The notes under the pieces are model-generated. The model did no database searches. It was not told the DNA's origin and saw nothing but the letters and a program-made list of their open reading frames with translations. DNA of 64,000 nt from Octopus vulgaris (lineage: Eukaryota), in the NCBI GenBank assembly GCA_951406725.2, contig OX597833.1:24552001-24616000 (forward strand), read 5' to 3'. This document shows positions 51,579-64,000 of this stretch, piece by piece (the stretch's first letter is position 1; the number at the start of each line of letters is the position of its first letter). The position numbers and the translations under genes are program-made.

Positions 51579-51610
51579 CACATACACACACATATATAAA
51601 TACATACATA

Positions 51611-51682
<72 letters not shown>

Positions 51683-51955
51683 TATAGTAGAAATACGTTA
51701 CAAAAAGAAAATATAAAATACACGTGGAAATGTAAGGGTAAAATATGAAAAATCAACGAAAATGCACATTGCAAATTAAAAAAAAGGCTATTTATGACAG
51801 GTAACGACAAATATATACATTTAGATTGACTGAGGTAGTAATAAGAGTCATAAAAGTCATTATTATGAGATGATTATAAGATGATAATAATGTAAGAGAA
51901 CAAAACGGACCATGGTTTACGCAAAATTATTCATCGTTTGAAAAACACCGGCTAA

Positions 51956-52009
<54 letters not shown>

Positions 52010-53263
52010 ATATAATAGGAAAATAATTTGTTTTAAATCTCTGAGCGAGAAGTAAATAGTAACAGTATTACAGAGTAAAATCTATACATACACACACGTT
52101 TGTACATTTTTATAAATAAATGTGTGAGAGTGTCTTACATACACACAAATATGTTACATTCATGCATGCATTAATCCATCCATCCATCCATCCACACATA
52201 TATACATACATGCATGCATATACAGATACATACATACATGCATACATACATATACACATAAGAGTGGATAGGAATGAATTCTGGGAGTGAATCATTCAAA
52301 AAGGAAAGGCCTTCTCAATCCATGTCGAGGAGTTTATTTATCCGTTTATTGGGTGATGAGGCTGGAAGATTTATCTGTCAGTACGCTATATACACAGCGA
52401 ATACACAGCAAACACTCATGCACGCAACCCAGAAATATGTACACAAACAATCAGAGATAGATACATACAAGCTTACAAACTCGCACAAATATCTGTAACT
52501 CGTTTTGACGTGTTTCAAGAAACATTGGGATAGTCTGTGGACGGTGGAGAGATTTACTCAGTTGTACATCAATGTGTGTATGTATGAGGAGCTAAATGTT
52601 AGACTACAACAATTCAGTTATAATTTAGTTTAGATATCCGAAGATGTTAAGCTCTGCAACCTTGGGTTATATTAACAATATCTACAAATAAAGCTCACGG
52701 GAGGTGCGCTATTACTTAAACAGCAAAATGATACATACGTACGCACACATAAGCACACGCACTCACCCCACAACACTCACACACATATGGATATATATAT
52801 ATATATTTATATATCCATATGCACATATAAATATATATGTATGTATATGTATATGTATATATGTGTGTGTGTGTGTGTATGTATGTATGTTTATGTATAT
52901 GTACGTATATATATACACATTCACATAAGTAGTTTCTGAAGGTTTCATTAAAAGTTTATAGCCAGTGTTATTCCCTTGTTACTAGCATCCCATTCTACTA
53001 ACTTGAGAAAGCCTAATTATCAAATCTTTATATTTCCATGAAAATTAGTGGGTCCCAAAATGTCTCGAGACATTGAAATCGCCCGGTTATTGTTATCTAA
53101 AACTATCCGCCACAAAGAGATCGCATTAAATAGCTTTCCTTATAGATGCCTCCCCATGTTTATGTATAAACATATATATATATATATATATACACTTACA
53201 TATTTATATACATGCATACATTCATACATACATAGATACATATATACATAGATACATATATAC

Positions 53264-53321
<58 letters not shown>

Positions 53322-53566
53322 ACGCGTTTCTAAAGAACGCTGTTTATTGCTATCCCTTTGTGACAGATACTGTATGTGTATATGTTTGTATATACATACA
53401 TACACAAACATACGAACATACACACACACTGAGGTACACACAAAGGCACATACACACACACACAAACCACACAGACCCACACACATAGAGCTGCACACAC
53501 ATTCACTCATATATGTATGTGCGTGTATGCATGTTCGAATATGTGTGCCTGTGTATATTTTTGTTT

Positions 53567-53627
<61 letters not shown>

Positions 53628-53899
53628 CGTGCGTGTTTATTTGAATACCCGTTTGGGATACAGAGAAAGTGAGAAAAGTAAGGGATACTGGTGTATATGG
53701 GACTGAGTATTGTGTTAATGCGAGAAAATTAATGGGTGTATATAAATCGCGAGTAGTAATAAATCAATCTTTGAAGCGTGTGCGTGGGAAGACATACTTC
53801 ATTGTGCTTCTACAGATGTACACATACACCTTTGTATGTGTGTATATAGATACAGACATATATACATACACACATATGTATGTATTTATCTATATTTTA

Positions 53900-53966
<67 letters not shown>

Positions 53967-54054
53967 CATACATACATACACACACGCACACACACATATA
54001 TATGTATATATGCATATATATATATATATATACGCACACATATATACATATATA

Positions 54055-54093
<39 letters not shown>

Positions 54094-54099
54094 GCACAC

Positions 54100-54146
<47 letters not shown>

Positions 54147-54150
<4 letters not shown>

Positions 54151-54445
54151 CCAGTGGTTAGGGTAGCGGACTCGCAGTTGTAGAATCGCGGTTTCGATTC
54201 CCAGACCGGGCGTTGTGAGTGTATATTGAGCGAAAACACCTAAAGCTCCTCGAGGCTCTGGCGGGGGTGGTGGTGATCCCTACTGTACTCTTTCGCTACA
54301 ACTTTCTCTCACTCTTTCTTCTGTTCGCCTGCTCGCTTAGCCAGCGGGGTGGCGTCATGTGAAGACTAAAACAATGCGAAAGGCATTGTGACCAGCGATG
54401 TGTAGCAACATTTGATATTCTGATCGGTCACGGTGATCACGGTGA
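54147..54445 (+). mobile_element. tRNA-derived SINE family D, tail type 1
   Basis: TGGCCCAGTGGTTAGG (A-box), GGTTTCGATTCCC (B-box); ends (CACGGTGAT)2. Confidence 0.85.
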
Positions 54446-54478
54446 TATATACAAAACATACATACATACATACATACA

Positions 54479-54571
<93 letters not shown>

Positions 54572-55416
54572 GAAAGAGATGCTAACATTCATGTTCCTAC
54601 CTCCGGTATAAACGATCGTAATGACCAACATAGGATCTGATTAAGCACAGTGGAAAGAATTGTAATTATCGAGTCTCCAAAGTCTCCGATAAATGGGTTT
54701 CGCTTGCGTTATAACGTGATATGTAGATGTCACAACTACATCTTCTATTAGTCTAGGGTCTATTTAGGAGATACCATTTAGGGGATACCATCCACTTCAA
54801 GAGTCGCTACTTTGTTCATCTCAGCTTCTTCTCTTTTTTAGCATCATATTTCCTTCTTAACCCTAATTATTGCATACTGATTACACTACACTTTTATCCC
54901 GTAATTTACTCATTGATAATTTTCTGAAGCGAAAGTCATCTGTGATGTTATTTAAAGTCGGCTCAGCACAGTACCTTGGGGGTACCACTTGTGACCTATA
55001 CTGGGTTTGAATGAACCCCATCAGTTACAAGATGGGTTCTGCTTACTAAGAAACATTTGGTAGCACTTCTCTTCCACAGATATCGACGGTGTAAATATTT
55101 TAAGAGAACGCTGTCCTGAAGTCAAGGTATTGACATCTATCTTTGACGATATTTTAACTATTTTTGGAATGATTTCAAAGTTCCGGGTTCAGTCCCTCTG
55201 CGAAGCAATTTGGCCGCCAAGTGCCTTGTACAATATTTTCGGTCCGACTAAAGCCTTGTGACTGAATCTGGTAGACGGAAACTGAAAGAAGCTAATTGTA
55301 CACACACACGCGCGCGCGCACACACACACACACACACATACACATACATATATCGTTTTATCTGAGTAGAGTCATTCTCTTTTAATGCCTGCTTAATGCC
55401 TTATATATATATATAT

Positions 55417-56271
55417 GCGATGGATAAATTCTCGCCATTTTATATTTTCAATTTCGCGCATGCGCATTTAAAAAATTTATTTTGTCGACTACACAGTATA
55501 GCAGGGCACCGTCTGTGAGAAACACAGCACCATGACGCAATTCGCTCTGCCAGAAATTTGGAGACGACATGCTGTACTGCTTGGCATTCGCGCTGGAAGC
55601 TCTAATATGAACATTTCAGAGTATTTGGGTGTTAATCTGAAGACGGTGCAATCTGAGGACATGTACCGAAAGTGATAGAAATCAAACATCTAGTTAGCAT
55701 CGTGGTGTTTGGAGTGATCACTAGTAATGGAGACGTTATGCCTACATTCTTCTTCCCACAAGGCCTCAGACTCAATACGACGGCTTACATCACGTGCCTG
55801 AAGGTGGTGGTGCTTCCTTGGTTTAAGAAGGTGGTTGCTGGAAGATCGTATATCTGGCCACAGGATTGTACACCATGTCACACAAACAGCAGAATCCAGT
55901 CGTGCTGTGAGACAATTTCTGCAACCACATCACGCTTAACATCTGGCTATCTAACGCCCTTGATTATTATGTGTGGGGCGTAGTTGAGCGAGAGACCAAC
56001 AAAACTTCTTGTAACACCAAAGATGAACTGAAGGCAAGGATTATGACAACATTCACCAACTTAAACAAGGAGACTGTCCAGATGAGTTGCAAGAGATTCC
56101 GAAGTCGTCTGGAGGCCGTGATTAAAGCCAATGGCGATTTTATTAAATAAATTTACTCTTGTATTTTAAGATATATTTATGTAATTTTAGTAAATATATC
56201 TGTTAAAATAAGATGTCAGTGCTATTTTATCTTTTGCGTAATTTAGATGGCAGTCTATTCACCGCACCCTA
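55417..56271 (+). mobile_element. Internally deleted maT-like transposon, second copy
   Basis: Colinear with 27422-28270, including the same deletion junction. Confidence 0.82.
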
Positions 56272-56945
56272 ACTACATGTATGTGTCTTTGCGTCTGTCT
56301 TTTTGTTTGTCCAGCAACAAAGCTTGACAACCGGTAGTGGTGTGTTTACGTCCCCTTAAGCTATGATTTGTAAAAAGAGGGCAATAGAATAAGTACCAGG
56401 GTTGGCAGCACCTCAGAATGGCCGCAGTCTAGTGGCCGAAACAAGTGATATATATATATATACATGTATGTATATATACATGCCATTATAGTTTGCACCG
56501 CAAAAACAAACCTTAATCTACTACTAGATCGAAGATAGAGCGAATTGAGATATTCCGACCCTACTGTCCCATCCATAACCAATTAATGCTTAGTTTCTAT
56601 TAACTCACATCTTCCTTGCTCACCTTTTTATATTCCTGTGTCATTCATATAACTTTTAAACCAACTTTGGAACAGATGTTGAATCAGAAATTGTTTTGTT
56701 ATAGAATTTGCGATGGATTTATTCTTCACAGTAAACTTTGGACATCTAACGTAAAACCTAATGTTGTGTACCTGTACATACTTCATCATGTCAAAAACTG
56801 TCTTACGTATATCGGAAAACTTTCATATTTTCGTATAATAAATACTGTCCTCCAAACGTTTGTCACATGTATGTATGTATATATATATATATGCATACAT
56901 ATATACATATATATATATATATCTGTGTGCGCCTATATATGTGTA

Positions 56946-57024
<79 letters not shown>

Positions 57025-57025
57025 G

Positions 57026-57338
57026 TGTGGAGGCGCAATGGCCCAGTGGTTAGGGAAGCGGACTCGCGGTCGGAGGATCGCGGTTTCGATTCCCAGACCG
57101 GGCGTTGTGTGTGTTTATTGAGCGAAAACATCTAAAAACTCCACGATGCTCCAGCAGGGAGTGGTGGCGATCCCTGTTGTACTCTTTCGCCACAGCTTTC
57201 TCTCATTCTCTCTTCCTCTTTCTTGAGTAACGCAGCGATGGACTGGCGTTCCGTCCAGCTGGGCGGAACACATACGTCACAGAAACCGGGAAACCGAGCC
57301 CATGAGCCTGGCTAGGCTTCAAACGGGCGCATAAATAA

Positions 57339-57340
<2 letters not shown>
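57026..57340 (+). mobile_element. tRNA-derived SINE family D, tail type 2
   Basis: Same head as 54147; different 3' half GCGATGGACTGGCG..GTCCAG..ACAGAAACCGGG. Confidence 0.85.
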
Positions 57341-57399
<59 letters not shown>

Positions 57400-57403
<4 letters not shown>

Positions 57404-58580
57404 CGTTGGACAAAATAATGGATCATAATTTTCAAATATCTATAAAACAGTCAAAAGCTTGTTTGTTTTTATGTTGTTTTTGTGTTGCTTAATATGTTTT
57501 ATTGCTATTTCTCTTCAGATATCGCCAGAAAAAGGTAATTAAAATTCATTAAAATAACAGATCTATCAGACTTTGAACGAGGTGAAATTGTTACAGCCGA
57601 AATGTTTGGTGTATCAAGAAGTACTGTCTCGGAAGTAATGACAGCCTTTGAGAAAGAGGGAAAAACCTCCTCGTCGAAACAAAACTCCGGAAGAAAACCA
57701 AAACTTTCAGATAGGGACCTTTGAACTCTTACGCGAATTGTTAGAAAGGATCGCAAAAGTACAGCTCCCAAAATAACTGCAGCGTTTAATGACCACCTCG
57801 AGAACCCAGTTTCCACAAAAACTGTTCGCCGGGAGCTGCACAAAGCCGGATTTCACGGGAGGGCTGCAATCAGAAAACCACTACCTTCAAAAACAAACGT
57901 TACAAAGCATTTAGAGTGGAATAAAAACCTACAGAATTAGAGGAAGAATGTTATTTTCTCGGATGAGTCATCCTTTACCTTATTTCCGACCACCGGTCGC
58001 GTATACGTGTGGAGACAGCGAAAAGAAGCATTTAACACCGACTGCCTTCTTCCAACTGTTAAACATGGAGGAAGATCAGTGATGATCGGGGGTGGGGGCT
58101 ATATTTTTGAAATCTGCCGGCCCAATGGTTTCCCCTCATAGCAGAATTAATAGTCAAGACTATTTAAGCATTTTATCTGACCTAATTCATCCTATGTTTG
58201 CAGAACTGTTTCGGAAGGGAAACACAATCTTTCAAGATGATAATGCACCAATTCACTCAGCTAAATTTGTTACTGAATGGCACGAGGAACATTCTAGTGA
58301 AGTTTAACATCTTATCTGGCCACCACAGTCCCCAGATCTCAATATTATTGGACATTTACGGCGCATTTTAGAAAAACAAGTAAGGAGTCGATATCCTCCA
58401 CCATCATTACTACAAGTACTGGAGAATGTTTTAGCTGAAGAATGCGTAAACATTCCTTTGAAAACAATTCAAACTTTGTACGAGTCTATACCTCGTAGAA
58501 TTCAATCTGTAATTACTGCCAAATATTAAAGTAAATTTGTGTGAAATTGTGAGGTGTTTCCAGTACTATGTCTAACCCTG
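57400..58580 (+). mobile_element. Near full-length Tc1-like transposon with inactivated transposase
   Basis: DLSDFERGEIV, SGRKPKLSDRD, FSDESSFTLF, VKHGGRSVM, FQDDNAPIH, WPPQSPDLNII; degenerate TIRs; left end sits in (TA)n. Confidence 0.92.
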
Positions 58581-59355
58581 TGTATGTATATATAAGGATT
58601 TAGAGGAAATAAATGAAGTGAGAACGAAAAAAATTGGAGAAAGAAATCAAGCAGTAGAAATTAAACTGGTATATTACGCTACTACATAACCTATGAAAGA
58701 TCAGAGAACTAGGATCAGATATTTCAAGTAGCAGAACATTGAAGAGGAATTCTAGAGGAGATTTGAATTGAATTAAGCCCTCTATCAACTCCGCAAACAA
58801 GGCAGCTAAGATTGTCTTGATCGGTAATGTGAAGCGGATAAACAATTACACCAGCAAACGCCATGCTTCCATCCATCAAGCAAAATCAACTTCAAAAGAA
58901 TAGGAGTAGCTGCTGTCTCAAAAGCTCAGTAGATAAAGCATCTTCGAGAAAGTTGCTGAAACTATGAACCATGATCGAAACTTTAACAATAACCGTGACA
59001 GATGTTGATGTATGAAAATATATCTATGGATCTGTTTATGCATGTACGTGTAAGATTTGCGAATGAAGGAGGAAGAGAGAGTGAGATATATATATATATA
59101 GAGAGAGAGATAGATATAGGGAGAGAGATATAGGGAGAGAGATAGAGGGAGAGACAGATATAGACATAGATATAGAAAGAAAGATAGAGAGAGAGAGAGA
59201 GCGAAACAGAGACGTAGATACGAAGATAGAGATAGATAGATAGATAGATAGATAGATACAGAGTGAGAGAGAGAGAGAGATAAACATATAGATAGATAGG
59301 TAGATAGATAGACATAGAGTGAGAGAGAGCGAAACAGAGACGTAGTCAAGAAGAT

Positions 59356-59410
<55 letters not shown>

Positions 59411-59801
59411 TGTAGGTAGGTAGAGTGAGAGAGAAAGAAAAAGAGAAAGAGAGGGAGAGGGAGAGAGAGAAACAAAGAGAGAGCGAAATAGAGACGTAGA
59501 TAGGAAGATATAGATAGATAGATAGAGAGAGTGAGAGATAAACAGATAGATTGTTAGATAGATAGCTAGATAGCTAGACAGATAGATGGAGAGATAAACA
59601 GAAACAGATAGATAGTTAGATAGATATGAGGTAGATAGATAGAGTGAGAGAGAGAGGAAGAGAGAGAGGGAGAGAGAGAGAGAGAGAGGAGGGAGAGAGA
59701 GCTCTGAAGCATGAAGGTTAATTGCCATGTGTTTAAAATATTCCCGAAGACACTTTAAAATGAGATTTTCTCGGAGCCCGCACATTCACTTTGTATTACG
59801 T

Positions 59802-59833
<32 letters not shown>

Positions 59834-60107
59834 CATGCGTGTGTGCGTGCGTGTGTAATACTTTGTGTATGTATGTATGTTTGTATGCATGTATGTATGT
59901 TTGTAAGTTTGTATACTAATGTGTATGTAGAAATTTTCAAAATCCTCAGTCGTAAACAAATATCTTGAATATTGGAAGCTTCGTAAACAAAATATGAAAA
60001 TAACAACATTACCACCACCACCACCACCACCACCACCACCACCACCACCACCACTAACAACAACAACAACAGCAGCAGCAACGAACTACTACTACTACTA
60101 CTACTAC

Positions 60108-60147
<40 letters not shown>

Positions 60148-60179
60148 AATGATGATAATTAAGATGATGATGATAGTAA

Positions 60180-60619
60180 TCTTTTCCACTAAAGGCACAA
60201 GGTTTGAAATTTTGGAGGAGGGGACTAGTCGAGTACATCGATCCCAGTGAATCACTGCTACTTAATTTATCGACCCCGAAAGGATGAAAGGCGAAGTAGA
60301 CCTCTGCGGAATTTGAACTCAGGACCTGAAGACGGAAAAAATGCGGCAAAGCATTTTGACCGGTGTGCAAAGCGATTCTGTCAGCTCGCCGCCTAAAATA
60401 ATAAGAATCCTTTCTACTATAAGCACAAGGCCTGAAATTTGGGGGAAGGGGAACAGACGATTACATCGACCCAGTGTTTCACTGGTACTTAATTTATCGA
60501 CCCCGAAAGGATGAAAGGCAAAATCGACCTCGGTGGAATTTGAACTCGGAACGTAGAGACAGACGGAATGCCGCTAAGCATTTCGTCCAGTGCGGTAACG
60601 ATTCTGCCAGCTCGCTGCC

Positions 60620-60621
<2 letters not shown>
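60180..60621 (-). mobile_element. Two tandem, well-preserved SINE family B copies in trinucleotide repeats
   Basis: Units ~60180-60395 and ~60408-60621; heads abut (TAA)n. Confidence 0.9.
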
Positions 60622-60689
<68 letters not shown>

Positions 60690-60706
60690 TAATAATAATA
60701 ATAATA

Positions 60707-60769
<63 letters not shown>

Positions 60770-61099
60770 TTAATAATAATAATAATAATAATAATCTGAA
60801 GAATTATAGCATCAATAACACCAACAACGATTATCATGATAATAAATCAATATCAGCCAAAATAGAATTATTAATCATCAATGCTGGTTGTAGAATTTTC
60901 TGGTTCTTTGGTTTTTTGGCATCTTTTAATATCGTGGATCATTTCAAATTTGATATGTTTACTCAAAGACATTTGAAACTTAACTGAGAACAGTTGGAAG
61001 CAAAACGTTGAAAATTAGCCGTTCTTGGACTCATTGGATGTGAGTTTTGGTGGCTTTTTACACTCCATTTAACAAATTAGTTAGCTTACTTTCCAACGT

Positions 61100-61160
61100 T
61101 AGATATTGTGGTGGTGGTGGTGGTGGTGGTAGTGGTGGGTGATCGTGGTGTTGGTAGTAA

Positions 61161-61210
<50 letters not shown>

Positions 61211-62085
61211 ATAGTGGTAAAAGTGAAGTTTTAGTAAAGGTTACGACTTTCTGTTGGTGGTGTTGATATCATAGACGTGGTGATGATGCTGTTATGGTAG
61301 TCATGTTGTTGGAAAAGGTGGTGGTAATGGAGATGGTAGTAGTGGTGATTGTTGGTTGTGTTGGTGGTAGTTGTGCTGGTGGTGGTTGTGTTAGTGGTAG
61401 TTGTGTTGGAGGTGGTTGTGTTGATGGTAGTTGTGTTGGTGGTGGTTGTGTTGGTGGTAGTTGTGTTGGTAGTAGTCGTGTTGGTGGTAGTTGTGTTGGT
61501 GGTGGTTGTGCTGGTGGTGATTGAATTAATAGTAGTTGTATTAGTAATTGTGCTTATGTTTATGTTGTTGCTAATGGGGGTGATTGTATTGGTTGCAGTT
61601 GTGATAGTGGTAGCGATGCTGTTTGTGGCTCTGTGTTAGTGATAGTTGTACTGGTGTTTATGTTGTAGTGTTTGACGATTGTGTTGGTGGTAGTTGCGAT
61701 TGTGTTTATGTTGTTGTTAGTGGTTCTGATTCTTGTAGCTTTACCCGTGGTTGCGATGTTGTTGTCGCTCTTATTGTTAGGAGGCGTGTTAGTAGTTGCT
61801 GTTAGTGGTGGTACGAGCACTAGTAATAGTAATGATGGTACTTGGTTGTCTTATTATCGATGTCTTTGGTGATGGATGTCACATGTGCTGGTTGTGTTGA
61901 TCCTTAAAGAAGTGGCAATGGTCGTGGTTATCGCACAGTCTATCGAGGTGATAGTGTTGTTTTAGGGGAGCTGTAGGGGTGAATTTGGTGTTGCCCGTGT
62001 TGAGGGTCTCGGTACAAAAAATTGGTGGCCATGAAATCAGTGGTGTTAATATCGATGGTGATGTTGGCAATGACACTGAAGGTAG

Positions 62086-62123
<38 letters not shown>

Positions 62124-62610
62124 TTGGTGATGATGATGATAACGATGATGATGATGATGATGATGATGACGATGACGGCGAAGACGACGAAGAAGACGAC
62201 GACGAAGACTATGACAACGACAACGATGAGGACGAAGATTGCAATGATGATGATGATGTTGATGACAAAATGATTGGATGGTTTGATTTCGGTCATTCGT
62301 GCTTGGGGTTTTAATAGTTTATAAAATTAATGGCAGCAATAGTAATGGTTGTAGTAGCTTACCGTTAGCAGGGCTGGGTGGGTATTAAGGACGGTATTCG
62401 TAGTATTGGCGGGAAAGTAAACTGTTTAGGAAGTAGTAGTAGTAGTAGTAGTGGTGGTGGTGGTGGCGATGCTGTGCTGATGGTGTTGGTATTGATGGTG
62501 ACGGTAGGGATAGTAGTAATAGTGGTGGTGGTGGTATTGATGATAATAGTTGTGGTGCTGAAGGTGATGGTTGTCATAGCAGCAGTAGTGGCATATAGTA
62601 GTAGTAGTTA

Positions 62611-62661
<51 letters not shown>

Positions 62662-62760
62662 CAGCAGCAGCAGCAGCAGCAGCAGCGGCAGTAGCAGCAG
62701 CAGCAGCAGTAGCAGCAGCAGCATTAATGATGTTGGCGGTGATGGTGTGATGGTGTTGGT
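61100..62760. repeat. GTN/GAT low-complexity region including a 15-bp minisatellite (GGT(A/G)GTTGTGTTGGT) at ~61350-61520
   Basis: Direct reading. Confidence 0.9.
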
Positions 62761-63170
62761 GTCATAGTGATAAATAGTAGTGTAATATTGTAAAATATCT
62801 GACAATTCCAATGGAAGTTGCTTATAAATATATGGAACATTTAATATGGTTGAAAGTGAAAGTAAAAATAAATAAACAGGCAAATTTGTTATGATTTGCT
62901 ACTGACCTAATTTCTTTAATGCTTCTTCTCTGCAATATTTTTGGTGACAGATTGGTAATTTCCTGTCTCGCATGAGAGACAGATGGTTGGTGGCTGAAGA
63001 GGGAGATACATATATGCATGTGTGTGTGTATACACACAAACACACACACGTATATGTATGAGAGTGTATAGTGAGAAAATGTTGAGAAATTGCGCGATGG
63101 ATATGTACGTGTATGCATATATGCATGTATATATATGTGCGTGTGTGTACGTACGTGTGTGTATGCATAA

Positions 63171-63219
<49 letters not shown>

Positions 63220-63279
63220 TATATACATGCGTATACGTACATACATGTATACGTATATATATATATATATGCATATGTG

Positions 63280-63605
63280 GACACAGGACGTCACAAAACA
63301 TAAACAGCAAAAAATACGAATTACGATGACATGGAATATGGGAAACAAGACAAGCAACACAAGGAAAGACCCTTCATCAGTTGTCGGCTGTTTTTCTAAT
63401 CCGTATTTCGAGCAATTCACGACAAGATACGCCTTCGGTAAAACAGTTGCTCCCGCAAAGCAAATTAAATAAACTTTGCGATCTTGTGGTGGGTCAAGAT
63501 TGGTGACAGAAACAGGACAGTGAAAACAAACAGGAAGGGTGATAAGCCTAAACGAGGTTGTGGTGGCGAACGCGAAGAAACAAGTCTGGCCAGGAGACAG
63601 AGAAC
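63280..63605 (-). repeat. Second copy of the unclassified repeat at 10430-10770
   Basis: Reverse-complement match over ~330 bp. Confidence 0.85.
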
Positions 63606-64000
63606 AATATGTATATGCTAGTAACACCTACAAGAAGATGATTTTTTCACTCATGAAATTGAATGGGGCTTTGGCCAAGAGGAACTAACGTCATCAGACG
63701 GGATCCAACGTTCATCGGGTGTTTCGACCCTAAACCGTAACACTCTCTCGTTGGTGGATTAGCAAGATTAACCAAACCCTCATCTCCTCCTAGCTTCCAG
63801 ATTAATTCCTCTCTGTTGCTCCAAAGCCAGCAAGAGGCTTTTCGGCCGCCTCTCCCATCCTGCGCACAGCTACACATCGCTCATTTCCTCCCGTACCTAT
63901 GGTTGAAAGCTTCTTCCATGCCTACTGGGCAGGAAACCCTCAACAGCCAACATCGCCAGTGAAAAGTCATAACTGCCATCATTTCTCCCTACGGACTGTT

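Noticed and set aside
54147-54215. tRNA gene (also ~1580-1650 and ~57030-57100)
   Set aside because: A/B boxes continue into SINE bodies; no complete cloverleaf or T-run terminator
61294-62767. Gly/Cys-, Asp- or Thr-rich ORFs resembling structural or mucin proteins
   Set aside because: Mixed trinucleotide low-complexity DNA with frequent stops and no convincing exon boundaries
63360-63420. GAAA...CTGATGA on the minus strand (type II hammerhead order)
   Set aside because: Stem I cannot form, and the paralogue at 10.6 kb lacks the CTGATGA core

Overview
Very AT-rich, microsatellite-dense eukaryotic DNA, either intergenic or deep intronic. The SINE, LINE and microsatellite inventory best fits an octopod cephalopod; this is an inference and was not verified. 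No host multi-exon gene is supported, and almost all ORFs in the track are microsatellite translations. The window is a retroelement ecosystem. (1) A full-length ~5.4 kb Tx1/L1-group LINE (18584-24018, minus) with a perfect 16-bp TSD sits between the A- and B-box of a tRNA-derived SINE; four older Tx1 relics are also present. (2) A second, very abundant tRNA-SINE family forms tandem arrays in (TTA)n, and its 3' tails match the 3' ends of the Tx1 elements here, a candidate Tx1-SINE partnership. (3) R4/Dong-like RLE LINE fragments and a putative non-autonomous partner lie in (TAA)n. (4) Penelope-like relics occur with several hammerhead-ribozyme motifs, one nearly intact (8461-8513) and one pair inside a ~450-bp palindrome. 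(5) Tc1/mariner relics of three types are present, one with DD36E spacing. (6) There is a 440-bp, ~99% identical local inverted duplication. SINE names A-D are my working labels. Boundaries of decayed elements are approximate, and all alignments were done by eye.
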